Positions 32,851 to 47,103 of a DNA stretch of 64,000 bases are shown piece after piece; position 1 is the stretch's first letter, and every line of letters begins with the position of its first letter. The notes below the pieces were generated by a model, which was not told the DNA's origin, did no database searches, and saw only the letters and a list, made by a program, of their open reading frames with translations. Origin of the DNA: the human T2T-CHM13v2.0 reference genome, Homo sapiens. The translations under genes were made by a program, and so were the position numbers. The DNA is taken from NCBI RefSeq assembly GCF_009914755.1, contig NC_060928.1. One strand, 5' to 3'.

Positions 32851-34058
32851 AGGAGTAGAGGCCTTGTGAAGGCAAGCAGTTATGAAAGGGTTAAACAAAG
32901 ATTACTAATGTCTGATGCGGTTTATAGGTGGGGAGGATTTAGCACCTATTTATTCCTCTGTTCTCCTTATCAACATTTATGCTTAACCTTTTTTAGTTCT
33001 TTATTGATACTTTTTTCATCTAGGCTTTGGTGTGTTTAGTTTTTCTTTTTGCCAGTTATTTTTCTACCTCATTTGGAATTCACTAGTCAACTATAAATGC
33101 TAATCAGCAATGAATACTTAAATAGAGTTGGAATAAAACAATTGAAAACTGGTCACTTGTTAGCTATTTCTAACTACCTTGCTGTGCCTTTGTGTCTGCT
33201 TAAAAACTATAGGAACTCTTTGACTTGAATTGTTATTGCTATGTGATCAACTTTCAATACAACAAATATACTAGAAAGAGCTTCAAGGCTCTTGGAGCTT
33301 AGTAACATATTTTATTAATTGAATGTGTATAATCTATGTACGTGTGTAGCTATATATTTTATAAGTACCTGTCTACATGAAATTGAAGCATATGTTTTTA
33401 ATGCTAATAAGTTTTCAAAATTGTATTACTATTCACATGCTATAAGAACTATGATGACTTTTAAGAATGAGAATATTGCTATATATATATAAGTTCTGTG
33501 GAAATTTTATTAACTACGTTAAAATATGTGTAATAAAACTTTTTATACTTATTTGGCTTACTTAATTATGCCATTTCTAATGCTTTGATTTGTTGTGCTT
33601 TAGTAATTTGATATGAAATTTTGGAGAAATAATTCAAAGCCCTCTGATTCTAAGTCCTTATATAAAACCATTTGTCAGTTTGAACTTTCAGGTGTATAAG
33701 ACCTCAAACTATAGTTCTTGTAAATTTCAACTTCTTCATATAAAGATAAATTCATGATTAGAGACTTTAATAATCTTAGATTTACCAGGACAGTTATATT
33801 TAATTTATTCCATAAACATGCAATATTAATTTATTGCATAAACCCACAATAAAATTATTTTTATAGACACAGAAGAAAGATGATGATAAGAAGCCATACA
33901 TTGTAAGACATTTAGGTAAGCTTTTTTACCAAAATAAGTCAACATAATATGTGTTATTTCTTACTTAAATAAAAATATTAAGCCATTCTTTAACTCTGTA
34001 TTACTTTATCTGTTACACTTATGGAGAATATTATTCCACATGAAACTCTTGCATGTAC

Positions 34059-34076
34059 TTTTCCTGCTGCACATAT
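34059..34076 (-). pseudogene. Relic ADH exon 1 coding part, start codon lost
   Basis: ATA TGT GCA GCA GGA AAA|gtacat versus ADH1A ATG AGC ACA GCA GGA AAA|gtaagc. Confidence 0.85.
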
Positions 34077-35135
34077 GTGATTTAGTTCCTCTCTGCATTC
34101 CAGGAGATTTCAATGAATTATTTGCCTTGATCAGCAAAGCAGAAATATTACTTATTTCTACACATGTTATCTGGAGTCTTTAAACCACATACATCATGTA
34201 TTATTCAATCAACATCATTTCAGAATGAATGGGCACTAAATCAGCACTTGAAATCTGGACATTGTTTGCAAATTACCAATTTCAGATAATATCTTGATTA
34301 GATTAAATATTTCCCAATATATAAATTTTAATCTCTCTTTTTTTACTTGCTAGACTTTCTATGTGTCTTTCAGGCTCACTCAGGTCATTCACAGTTCTGT
34401 TTTTCCTTTGACTGGACTAAGCTCCAGCTTTGAATCCAAGTGGTGCAGTTAACAAGGAGGAGCAAGAAAGCAGGACAAATAAAGCAGAGAGCTAGTCACC
34501 AGAGGGATGTGTTTGATCCAGCACACCCCTTCTCTTCATAGCAGAGAATCGACACCCAATCAATCACAGCAAAGGTGCTCACTGTGCCTGACATTTCTAT
34601 TCTACCTAAAATTAATCAGCATTGACTGAGCATCTCCCTAGGTCAGGTACTAAGCTGGGTCCAGTGGAGTGGCAGTTATAAGATATGACCTCTACCCATG
34701 CCAGAAGCAGTATGGGGCTGTGGTGATGGCATGACTTTTGGGACCTGGCAGACCCTATTCCTTACTAGTTCTGTGTGCTTGCACTTATTATTTCATTGTT
34801 TTTTTTTTTCCTTAGTTTCTTCATCTGTAAGATGAAGAGGAATAACAGCACCATTTTAAAGGACTGTTTAGTGAATAAATGAAATAATTCATTTAGAGTA
34901 CTGATCACAGAGTTTAGCAGGTAGAAGCACCCTCCTAAATGTTAGCTACAATTATTATTCACAAAAGGAAGCTCACTGTCTCTGAAGAAAAGACACACAG
35001 GCAGTCAAGTCTACCTATCAGCCTGGCTGGGAAGTGTCCTATCACAGGGGTCAGTTAGTGCTTTAAGAGTAGAGACAGAGGTGCTATTTGGAATGAAGGA
35101 CTTGGGGAGGCATGGTAGAGGAACAGGCATAAAAC

Positions 35136-35578
35136 TTGTTTTGTCTTTCACAAAAACTGGATCATATAATACAAATTACTGTGTAGCTTGCTTTTTATAG
35201 TTAGTGATTTATGATATTAATACTGCCAGGTTTTAAGATATAATTTTTTTTTTAAGACAGGGTCTTTCTCTGTTGCCCAAGCTGGAGTGCAGTGCACAAT
35301 CATGGCTCCGTGCAACCTCTGCTTCCTGGGATCCAGTGATTCTCCCACCTCAGCTTCCCAAATAGCTGGGACTACAGTCACATGCCACTATGCCTGGCTA
35401 ATTTTGTACAGACGACTTTTTGCCATGCTGCCCAGGCTGGTCTTGAATTCCTGAGCTAAGTCAGTCCTCACACAGTGGCCTCCCAAAGTGATGGGATTAC
35501 AGGCATGAGCCACCACACCCAGCCCCCTGTTTTTAAAGAAAGATCCACTTAGCATTCAAAATAGGGAGTTATCTTTCC
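35136..35578. repeat. Duplicated segment copy A (old-L1-like flank, AluJ at ~35243-35524, flank)
   Basis: Same unique flanks on both sides of the Alu as 37980-38447. Confidence 0.9.
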
Positions 35579-37541
35579 ATCAGTAGCTCTTTTAGGGCAG
35601 GCCTGGTGGTGACAAAATCTCTCAGCGTTGGCTTTTCTGTAAAGTATTTTATTTCTCCTTCACTTATGAAGCTTAGTTTGGCTGGATATGAAATTCTGGG
35701 TTGAAAATTCTTTTCTTTAAGAACGTTGAATATTGGCCCCCACTCTCTTCTGGCTTGTAGAGTTTCTGCCGAGAGATCAGCTGTTAGTCTGATGGGCTTC
35801 CCTTTGTGGGTAACCTGACCGTTCTCTCTGGCTGCGCTTAACATTTTTTCCTTCATTTCAACTTTGGTGAATCTGACAATTATGTGTCTTGGAGTTGCTC
35901 TTCTCGAGGAGTATCTTTGTAGCATTCTCTGTATTTCCTGCATTTGAATGTTGGCCTGTCTTGCTAGGTTGGGGAAGTTCTCCTGGATAATATCCTGCAG
36001 CGTGTTTTCCAACTTGGTTCCATTCTCCCTGTCACTTTCAGGTACACCAATCAGATGTAGATTTGGTCTTTTCACATAGTCCCATATTTCTTGGAGGCTT
36101 TGTTCATTTCTTTTTACTCTTTTTTCATTAAACTTGTCTTCTCACTTCATTTCATTCATTTGATCTTCCATCACTGATACCCTTTCTTCCAGTTGATCAA
36201 ATTGGCTACTGAAGCTTGTGCATCCGTCATGTAGTTCTCATGCCATGGGTTTCAGCTCCATCAGGTCATTTAAGGCCTTCTCTATAGTCTTTATTCTAGT
36301 TAGCCATTCATCTAATCTTTTTTCAAGGTTTTTAGCTTCTTTGTGATGGGTTCAAACATCCTCCTTTAGCTTGGAGAAATTTGTTGTTACAGATCATCTG
36401 AAACCGTCTTCTCTCATCTTGTCAAAGTCATTCTCCATCCAGCTTTGTTCCATTGCGGGTGAGGAGCTCTGTTCCTTTGGAGGAGAAGAGGCATTCTGAT
36501 TTTTAGAATTTTCAGCTTTTCTGCTCTGGTTTCTCCCCATCTTTGTGGTTTTATCTACCTTTGGTCTTTTGTCATGGTGACATACAGATGGGGTTTTGGT
36601 GTGGATGTCCTTTCTGTCTGTTAGTTTTCCTTCTAACAGTAAGGACCCTCAGCTGCAGGTCTGTTGGACTTTGCCGGAGGTCCACTCCAGACCCTGTTTG
36701 CTTGGGTATCACCAGTGGAGGCTGCAGAACAGCGAATATTGCAGAACAGGAAAGTTGCTGCCTGATTCTTCCTCTGGAAGCTTCATCTCAGAGGGGCACA
36801 TGGCTGTATGAGGTGTCAGTCGGCTCCTACTGGGAGGTGTCTCCCAGATAGGCTACTCAGGGGTCAGGTACCCACTTGAGGAGGCAGTCTCTCTGTTCTC
36901 AGATCTCAAACTCCATGCTGGGAGAACCACTACTCTCTTCAAAGCTATCAGACAGGGACGTTTAAGTCTGCAGAAGTTTCTGCTGCCTTTTGTTCAGCTA
37001 TGTCCAGCCCCCAGAGGTGGAGTCTACAGAGTCAGGCAGGGCTCCTTGAGCTGCGTTGGGCTCCACCCAGTTCAAGCTCCCTGGCCACTTTGTTTACCTA
37101 CTCAAGCCTCAGCAATGGCAGGTGCCCCTCCCCCAGCCTCGCTGCTGCCTTGCAGTTCGATCTCAGACTGTTGTGCTAGCAATGAGTGAGGCTCCGTTGG
37201 CATGGGACCCTCCAAGCCATGTGCGGGATATAATCTCCTGGTGTGCCATTTGCTAAGACCATTGGAAAAGCGCAGTATTAGGGTGGGAGTGTCCCGATTT
37301 TCCAGGTACCATCTGTCACAGCTTCCCTTGGCTAGGAAAGGGAATTCCCCAACCCCTTGTGCTTCCCTGGTGAGGCGATGCCCCACCCTGCTCCATGGGC
37401 TGCACCCACTGTCTGACAAGCCCCAGTGAGATGAACCCGGTACCTCAGTTGGAAATGCAGAAATCACCCATTTTCTGCGTCACTCACGCTGCGAGCTGTA
37501 GATTGGAGCTGTTCCTATTTGGCCATCTTGGAACCTCCTCC
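35575..37541 (-). mobile_element. L1PA 5'UTR and ORF1 only; ORF2 and 3' end missing
   Basis: ORF1 peptide ends ...TTRPALKELL and then becomes non-L1. 5' end ggccatcttggaacctcctcc. Confidence 0.95.
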
Positions 37542-37979
37542 AGAAGTTTTTTAAAGTAATTAAAATCTCAATTATAGTACCTTTAAATTATTTCACAATT
37601 ACATATACATGTTGGCAGCTCGAATCTTTCATTACAATTTTTTATAAGGTAAAAAAGTAATAAAATCATAAATCTCATCATAACTGACAATCTCGATTTC
37701 AGGTTTCTATAAATTGTTAAAGAATGTGATTGGCATTGTTGAAGAAATTATTAAATAAATTTGATTTTCCTGCCTCTATTCAAGACTTTCAAGAATAGTA
37801 TGTAAAGAAATTACATAATGTTAGTTTGAAACAGTTATGGTTCAAAAATTAACTTTAGTTCTTCAACTCTTTTCAGATCCAGGTTTCTGAGGTGAACAGC
37901 CTGTTTTGTACATTTCTATATCTTTCTCTATGCTCATATCGACCTATATACCAATAAATAAGAATTTTAATTTGTTTCA

Positions 37980-38447
<468 letters not shown>

Positions 38448-38848
38448 TATTCTGTCAATCAAACAGATAGTTTAAAAATTTTTGTTTCTTCTACAAGTAA
38501 GGCTGCGGTAAGTAGCCTTGTTTCTGTATCCTTTCACATAGATACTTATAATTATGGAGTTGATTCCCAAGTGTGATATTGCTTGGGACATGCATTTTGT
38601 AAATTTTAATAAATATCACAAATTTCTTGTCAGAAACCTAGGACAGTGCACATTTCTACCAACAGTGTAAGCTAATAGGTAAGCAGTAATATCTCATTTT
38701 GCTTTATTTTGTATTTTTTGACCACTACCAAGGCTCAATGGCATTTAATATGCTTTTTGGCCATTTTAATTTCTCCTCCTATGAATTTCCATCATTGTTC
38801 ATTTTCTCTTTGAGTCGTCTATTTTTAAATAGAAAAGCATTAGGATTT

Positions 38849-39165
<317 letters not shown>

Positions 39166-39169
39166 TTAG

Positions 39170-39630
<461 letters not shown>

Positions 39631-39985
39631 TATTTGTATTTATATATCATGAAAACTCAAAGAATCAAAGCAATATATTCTCACAACCATGCACATTTTC
39701 TCCCTGTCCTCTTCAGCCCTGTGTCTGTCACTCCCATAATCCTGTTTCAGCAACTATGAAGGCACTTCTGTGGAATACTTGATTACAGACCTATATATAT
39801 ATACACATTCACTTAACTTTATAAACCACTTGCCCCATAGTAAAAATTTCTTTACCTAATATTTGTTAAAGTCTTGAATAGAGGCAGGACAATCAAATTT
39901 CTTTAATAACTCTTTAAAGAATGTCAATTACATTCTTTAATAATTTATAGGAATTTGACATTGAGAGCTTCCTCATGAATTCTAT

Positions 39986-40875
39986 TGTCATGTTGTGTTT
40001 GTATTCCACCAAAATTCACATGTTGAACTCTAATTCCCAATGTGATGGTATCTGGAGGTGGGGCTTTTGGGAGGTGATTCCACCCTCATGAATGGGGTTA
40101 GTGCCCTTATAAGAAGAGACACAAGGTGATCATTCAGTCAGTCATGTGAAGATACAGAGGGAAGGCATCTGTCTACAGGCCAGGAAGTTGGCCTTCACCA
40201 GCCACCAGTTCTTTTGGCCCCTTGGTCTTGTACTCTCCAGCCTCCATAATGGTGAGAAATAAATGTCTGTTGTTTAAGCCACCCAGTCTGTTATGTTTAG
40301 TATAGCAGCCCAAACTTATTGAAACATGATGGTAGACAGAATTCTAAGCTGACTCCCAAGATTCCAGCTCCCTGGTATACATGCCTTATATGATCCCTTA
40401 TGCTTAAATGAGTATGAAACCTTTGAATATGATGGGAAAGCCACTCCATGGATTAGGTTGTGTTACAGAACAAGTGCTGATGGAATAGTCACATTTGTGA
40501 TTATCTGACATTATATAAGACTCTGTTGTGTTAGACTTGAGGGGTTTGTGAGTCAATATGTTGGGAGCATGAGAGGGTGTGCTGAGGGAGCCATGCTGAG
40601 ATTGTTCCCAGGTTGACGGTCAGCAAAAAACCAGAAGCCTCAGTCCCACAGCTACTGGGAACTGAATTCTGGCAACAGCAATGTGAGCCAGAAAGAGGGC
40701 CCCAAGCTCCAGAAAGGAACACAGGCCAGCTAATACTGTTGACACTCCAGTTGGAGCAACTAGTTCAGCTGTTTCCAGATTTTTGACCTGTAGAAACTGT
40801 GAGAGAATAAATGGTGTTCATTCAAGCCAATAATTGTGTGGTAGTTTGTTACTCAGAAATAGAAAGCTAACATAC
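39986..40875 (+). mobile_element. Two adjacent MLT1-type MaLR LTRs
   Basis: caaaattcacatgttgaa...gcccttataagaagagacac...aataaatgtctgttgtttaagccacccagt. The second starts tgatggtagacagaattctaag and ends gaaatagaaagctaaca. Confidence 0.75.
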
Positions 40876-41567
40876 GTGTGAAGAAATGTTTTATACAATT
40901 AACTCCCTTCAACTGTGTTTATATTTTCAAGTACATTTCACAAATTTGGAGTAAACTTTTATGTGTACTCAAGGGAGATGTTTAGAAAGGGTTATCTTCG
41001 AAGAGACGCTTCAGAAAGGAGAGAGAATTTGGGGAACCTTTTCCATGATTTGAAGAAGACGGGTGAGTAGAGATGGGAATGTCACTTGGGATAAGATTTT
41101 GACTTGTAGGAAGGCATGGAAGAAACTGAAAATGTGATACTACATGCTAAAATTATTTAAAAATGAACAATTCAGTTTCAAATCGAAAAGATTATAGAAT
41201 AGAAACAAGGTCTAGCATAATTTATGAAAGATTATGATGTATCATTTAAACATGGTATAATATAATTTAAAAAGTCCTATATACCAGATATTGCCTAAAA
41301 TTATGTTTATTTCTACTCCGGATATGAACATTAAGGAGTTTTAAGTAGAAAATTTAACCAACAGTTATGGCAGTTATGAAAAGTTAACAAAGAGACTGTA
41401 AGAACTCCATTATTAATTGGCATCACATATCTTTGTTCCACAAAGATGACTAAGCATTGGTCCTGCAACAATTGTACCTCCCATTTTTAGCTCCAGACTG
41501 TATAAACAACTGCATTTGAAAATCCTAGAGGAACTTCAAACTCAAGTCCATTTTCCTACTTAACCAT

Positions 41568-41912
41568 TGCTATGGCTTGAATGTCTTTCTCCTTCAAAAC
41601 TCATGTTGAAATTTGGTTGCCATTGTAATAGTATTAAGAGGTGGAACAACTTAAGAAAGAAGTAGGCCAGGAGGCTCTACCATTATGGGTGGGGTTAATT
41701 ACATTGCAAAAAGATGAATTCAGCCTCTTTTTGTTCTCTCTCTTATCTTCTACAATGTGATGATGTAGCAAGAAGCCTCTCAACACATGTTGGCACCTCC
41801 ATATTGAAATTCCCAGCGTCCAGAACTGTGAACTAATAAATTTCTTCATTGTAAATCACCCAGTCTCAGTCTCAGGCATTCTGTTATAGCAGCACAAAAC
41901 GGAATAAGTCAA
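41568..41912 (+). mobile_element. MaLR LTR (MSTC/D-like)
   Basis: tgctatggcttgaatgt...caaaactcatgttgaaattt...ctgttatagcagcacaaaacgga. Confidence 0.75.
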
Positions 41913-42028
41913 CCATCTTCACCACAAATACCTGATAATGTCTAGAGATCACAAGTTGGTGAAAGGACCAACCATCCACACCAAGTTGTCAGGCCAACAT
42001 TTTGGAATTAGCCTCCTCCCTATCCCTT

Positions 42029-42121
42029 GTCTCTCTCTCTCTCTCTCTCTGTCTCTTTTTTTATCTGAGACGGAGTTTCGCTCTGTTGCCCAGGCTGGAG
42101 TGTGGTGGCGCGATTTTGGCT
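42029..42121 (-). mobile_element. 5'-truncated Alu with (CT)n tail
   Basis: gagacggagtttcgctctgttgcccaggctggagtg. Confidence 0.8.
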
Positions 42122-43190
42122 ATTTTACTTTATATCTAAGGTCTTTCATAATATGAAATAGAATGTAGATATTGCAACAAGTAGCATTTTTGGAGACAGC
42201 TGTAACTCCTTTACCAGGAATAACCTTTGCATGTCACATTTAGAGATAAAGCTCAAAATGCAAATCTTTCCCCTGAGAGTGGGAAAGCATTAACAAATAG
42301 GCACCACAAGTCTTTACATATTCAAAATATTAAACTAATTCTAGGATTGTATACTTGATTTAAGACATGGTAGTTAATAGAAAAGTTCTAGACTGAAAAC
42401 AATTTTGCAAAAATATACATTTGTATATGTGTGTATATATATGTCTATATGTCTATCTACTAGGAAAATATATTGCTTAAGGTGTTTGTGCCATTTCTTA
42501 GTTACCAATTTTACATTCTGTGTTCACAGCTTTTGCCATCCCATCTCTACACTTAAAGCCACCATATTATTTTGAATCACTTTATACCCATTTTCAATTA
42601 TCTAAATAATCGTTTATAGCCATAAACTAATACTGTTTAGCCAATGAAGCACTTTCATGAGCAAAAATTATAGATTTTTTGAACATAATTCCAGGAATAG
42701 TTCAGTTTTTGCAATTAGTAATTGTACCTTAGTCATATGAAGCATGAAATCAGCTATTATTTTTAAAAATCAATTGTATATTGACCATAAAGACATAGTA
42801 TAAATGTCAGAAAAACATTCTCCTTCACTGTAAGAAAACATGTGACATTTTATTTGAGTTCCTAAGAAATTTCCTGGATTTACAACTCTTGGACTTTCAC
42901 CACTTGTAAATATGAGTATATCCTTTACCCTACTACAGCTTTTACCCTAGGAATTCGGTATATTTTATTAAAAAAAAAAAAGGCGAAAATGCCGACAGTG
43001 AAAATTGAGATAGATGCAGGAGACTACAAGCACAATAGCCCAGCATGTGTATATTCAGGGCAAGTGAAGGGTCCCCTCCACTGGGATTCCATGACTAAAG
43101 ATTATGAAGATACCAAAAATGCAGGAAGTCATAGGAAATAGCTTTTCTCAATGGCAAAGATGACACAAGTAGAATGGTTAAGAAGGAAGG

Positions 43191-43321
43191 TTTATTGGCT
43201 TCAATTCCCCAGCTGATGTTCAACACTTTATTTAGTTCTCATTTGGATTTTAAACATTTGCTTGAAAAATAATTTTACATCAATTTCCATTTCTTTGGAA
43301 AGCCCCCAAATGTAATTTATT
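43191..43321 (-). terminator. ADH1A: ADH1A candidate polyadenylation signals (AATAAA x3)
   Basis: tttatt on the + strand at 43191-43196, 43227-43232 and 43316-43321, downstream of the stop codon. Confidence 0.7.
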
Positions 43322-43429
43322 GATAAAATCTGTGATGAGCAGAATTAATGATATTTCCCAGCTGTTGCTCCAGATCATGTAGGGTAGAGGAGGCTGAAGA
43401 CTGCCACAAGGGAAAACATCTGTATTGTC

Positions 43430-43454
43430 TCAAAACATCAGAATGGTACGGATA
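43430..43454 (-). CDS. ADH1A: ADH1A exon 9 coding part (S-IRTILMF*)
   Basis: ttgcag|T ATC CGT ACC ATT CTG ATG TTT TGA. Confidence 0.97.
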
Positions 43455-44249
43455 CTGCAATAGGAAAGAAGAGACATTGTATTAGCATTTAGACATGCTT
43501 CCATGTGAGAGTCCAAGGAGCATTTGAAATGACTTAGTGAAAATCTGTCTGTTCTCAGCCACTCTAATCCCACCCCCATGCATTCGGGTCAAGTGAAGTC
43601 AAAGGAAAGCTCATCTTTTTTGGTTTTCTCTTGTGTTTTCTTCAACTTTAAGCTCACTCACAACATTCTGAGTATGCCTGTCATTTAGACTTCAATACTA
43701 CGTTAGCAACTTCAAAAAATCATTGTTGTGTGCCCACGTTCCTGTTATAATAAGGAATATAAAACAACAATGGATAATAACTTGTGATAAGTTTTTGCTA
43801 TTTGTCACATTCTTCATGCATTTTCTGTCTTAAACTTCAACCTAAACATCAACACTAGGAGGTAGATTTTCATATTATTTTGATTTTAGAGATTATAAAC
43901 ACTGAGACTTAGAAAGATTTGTAACTTGGTCTGGTCGCATATCTAGTATAGAGTTTTGGGATTAAAACTCAAATACAAATTTGCACAAATTATAAGATGA
44001 TAAATAACTTGCCTGAAAGAACTGATAATTTAACAAAGTTAAAACCATGCTGGAAGTTTAAAAGACCTTTGATACAGATATGTTTAAGGATTTTTAGAAG
44101 TAGAGAATAAAGTCGATTTGTATTAATTCTAAGATACTTCATTCTTGTGAAGATTACAAATGGAACATTTACACTAGAACTAATGCCCTTTCTATAAACC
44201 AACTTCTCATGAATAAATATTTTTAGAAAATGATGGTCTTTGTGACTCT

Positions 44250-44900
44250 TTAATAATTTTTAAAATATATATGTATTTGCATATGCATATATAAGAAAAA
44301 TATATGCACATAATTCAGAGAATACAAGACAGCAGAAAGAAGAAAGTAAAGGTAATCCATAATCCCCCAACCTAGAAACAATCATTCTCAATGTTTACTT
44401 GAATTTCTATCAACTTCTTACTAGGCATATGTACAAGTTTTACTGCTGTTGTTGAAAATGTGCGATATTGTATATAAAATTTATATTCTTTATTATATGA
44501 GCCTAAATTATATCATGAGAATTTCCCAATAATGTCATTTCTTTTTGATGGCTTCATTCATTTCTAATAGATGATTGGAATTTATTAAATCATTTTCCTC
44601 ATGTTGAAATTTAGAATGTTTCTAATGTTTGATATTACAGAAACAAGTAAACATGCTGAAACACATATGTGTGTTTGAATAGTTGATTATTTCTGTAGAA
44701 TAGATTTCTAGAAATGGAATTGCTGGAACAAAAGATCCATTTTTTTTAAGGGTTTCTGATACATATTACCAAATTGCTTTCCCAAAAGGATGTATCAATT
44801 ACTACTGAAAGTACATGAAAGTGCCTAGTCACCTTAGTCTTACCAATATTGAGTGTTACAATTTTTAATCTTATTGATAGGATTAATTATATTTACATAT
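44250..44900 (-). mobile_element. Old L1M fragment in intron 8
   Basis: tagatttctagaaatggaattgctgg...ccaaattgctttcccaaaagga. Confidence 0.6.
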
Positions 44901-45021
44901 GCATATTACTATATGACATTCTCATAAAGTGAATTTAGGCATGCTTCATGACTTCTTATGTTGCTCAACACTATCTTCTGGTTTTGTTCATCTCTATATT
45001 TGCCATCATCTTTTCAATCCT

Positions 45022-45075
45022 ATGATGATGATGATGATCACGATGATGATGTCAATGATAATGATGACAATGATA
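45022..45075. repeat. Imperfect (ATG)n microsatellite
   Basis: atgatgatgatgatgatcacgatgatgat... Confidence 0.85.
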
Positions 45076-46230
45076 ACTAACCTTTGATGGCTACTGTGTT
45101 CCATATATCCATGCGCTCTTGAGGGGCGGTGTGGTTTAATAGAAGTGAGATATTTGCTAACAACAAGATCTACCTTTGAATTCTGGCTCTCCTTCCTACC
45201 ATCTGATGATTTTGACCAAGTCATGCCTTCTCTGAGTCTCAGTTTTCTCTTCTCTAAGATAGTGAGATTGAGACTGACACCGAGCATTGCCTGGGAATCA
45301 CATAAGATAATGCAGGTAAGACACTTAGTAGAACAGCTGGTGCTCTGTGGGTGCTAGTTTCTTTCCCTCCTCAAGAATGTTGTCGGTTAAAGTATCTACT
45401 ATAATAATTTTGTGAGTGCCAAAGAAACACTATTAAAAGTTGAAAATCTCGTGAAAATAAGAATGGGATAGCAGAAAAGTCTCAGACTCTGGAGCTAGAA
45501 GGCAGAAGTTAGATATAACTGCCTGTTTCCAGTTGTGCCTCATGTAAATGCAGGTGACAAAATTCATTTTATTAGCTGGTTGTGAGAGTTAAGTGTTAGA
45601 GACAGGAAATAGAATTGGCTTAGTTTTCTAAGCTTCAGACAAAAAGTAAGCCAAACATTTACAATAGTGTTTAGTATACTTCTCTTTTATAATAACTTTT
45701 ATTGATAAAAAAATTTTTGTAAACTGCAAAAGAAAAAAAAGGAAAAAGAAAAAACTAGTAATATCTACTTAGAAAACAAACTAAATATAGTTTCACATAC
45801 TCCAATAATGAAAATGTTGAGGATGTCCTGAAAATTATTTAAATATACAGCCACCTAATGTCAGTTTTATATAGGTGGTAGGCAGAGGCTTCAATGACAC
45901 CATGTTATAATTATGGTTATTTAAAAAGACTTTTTTTTTTTTGGCAAAGGTGATTGTTCTCTTTTAAAGAAGGCTGAGTGTCTCTGATCATTCGGATTTG
46001 CTGTAATCAACATAATTTGGCTTCAGCACAATAGGAAATGCAAAGCAACTGTTTTTAGCATCTCACAGAGGTTTTAAACTTCTCTTACAAGCTCTCCATG
46101 TAAAGACTGAACTGGTAATGGAAGAACCAAGGCACTCTAATTTTTCTCATCCTTCCACCTTTTCATTTTCTGCTAGACAATCCCCTATGGTAGAAAAAAA
46201 AGCAAAACAGAAAACTAACTAAAAAATCTA

Positions 46231-46491
<261 letters not shown>

Positions 46492-46944
46492 TTAATAAGA
46501 GATACAGTACCTCAATAAGCTTTTACAGGCTCAGACTTAAAAAAAAATCACAGATAAACAAGGGTCCCTGGTTATTCTCTCTCCCACAGAGAAATCATAG
46601 TACAGATGTTATGCCCAAAGGAACAAGTTTAACAGTTGTCTAAATTTGGGTGTAGATATGAAATATTGTTGTAGATTTCTGTGTCTTACTAGAAATTCCC
46701 ATGCCTTACACAGTTACAAGTACGAAAACAGATGAAGAGGAACAGACTTTGTTAATGGTGGCATCAGAAATGTCGATTTTGGGACCTTCTGCCTGCATTA
46801 GTTCCATATCTAGTTGATTTGGAGACTGTAGATAGAAAAGGAATTTTAATTTGTTTTTGATCTGCTTTTCAAAACCTTGCCTTGTCACTTGTAAAAGGGG
46901 AGATATGCTGAGGTTAATGAGAATTTGGCTCTGAAGCCTAACTA

Positions 46945-47103
<159 letters not shown>

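Larger units (their letters stand above)
31778..35130 (-). pseudogene. Decayed paralogue of the ADH1 5' region (upstream DNA, promoter, exon 1, most of intron 1)
   Basis: Colinear similarity to ~54920-58910 of this window, with several shared anchors (see findings). Confidence 0.85.

Noticed and set aside
45006-45357. ORF with a poly-Ile hydrophobic tail
   Set aside because: It is a translation of MIR sequence plus an (ATG)n microsatellite
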